NCBI GenBank assembly: GCA_002269645.1
Contig: NIVC01001849.1
Coordinates: 124,001 to 188,000, forward strand
Length of the DNA: 64,000 nt
From: Macrostomum lignano
Taxonomy: Eukaryota
Direction: 5' to 3'
Shown: positions 63,509 through 64,000 of the stretch, one piece after another
Position numbering within the stretch: position 1 is the first letter of the stretch
Layout of the letters: each line of letters begins with the position of its first letter
Program-made: the position numbers and the translations under genes
Notes under the pieces: generated by a model
Database searches by the model: none
What the model saw: the letters and a program-made list of their open reading frames with translations, nothing else
Told to the model about the DNA's origin: nothing

Positions 63509-64000
63509 GTGAGCTCTGGGTGCATGCACTCTTTTACTCTTGCGCTAGACTAAAAAAAATTTTTATGTTCGGATTTTGGCAGTTAGCAAAGCATGGTGTC
63601 TGAATTGAGTGAAAGTAGGTGAGCAGGAAGGTGTCTGACTCTCGTGCCAAGCCAAATTACGAGTGACTTTGGGCTTTTGCGAGAAAATCAAGCTTATCAA
63701 ATTATTCTTGACAATCTCCGAGGTACAGAGTGTGTACATGTTTGACGATAAGAAAGTCAGGGTTGCTTACATTGTGTGAGTGTGTGCCTTTGTACGTATC
63801 CGTGTGCGTTCGCGTGCTCAGGGGTTAGAGGAATAGGTATTGCTGTTTACCTTCAGGATTCTTTATTTTGAGGCCTTCATTTTGCAGGGGTACTCAACGG
63901 CCCTCTTTGAACTGACTAAAATAACTGCATTTAAATAATATCGAAGCTACATTACGACCTACAAAATCGTAATTCAACAATTCCAGACGAAACAAGGAGG

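Noticed and set aside
63850-64000. Candidate next exon of gene X (acceptors at 63856 and 63886)
   Set aside because: Both frames stop quickly and resemble nothing recognisable; downstream sequence is needed.

Overview
Eukaryotic (animal) genomic DNA with GC-rich exons and minisatellite-filled introns; this style suggests a flatworm such as Macrostomum, which is inference only. 1-9.4 kb is a CpG-poor transposon zone holding a spliced hAT-like transposase gene, a decayed piggyBac and a foldback element. 9.5-24.3 kb holds two housekeeping genes: an 11-exon ATP9/Neo1-type P4-ATPase and RPL10. 24.7-64 kb is a cluster of about 15 Rho-family GTPase domains. The left part has intronless Rac/Rho genes and a recent 5,047-bp tandem duplication that made a chimeric Rho gene and carries C-terminally truncated Rac copies. 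The right part has atypical, CAAX-less Rho-like domains that I predict are spliced, through phase-2 introns, into tandem-GTPase multidomain proteins. The main candidate discovery is a predicted 746-aa protein (44359-48622) with two Rho-like pseudo-GTPase domains fused to an apparently active caspase domain; a decayed Rho+caspase unit follows it. All exon structures are manual predictions from splice signals, reading frame and family homology, with no transcript data.
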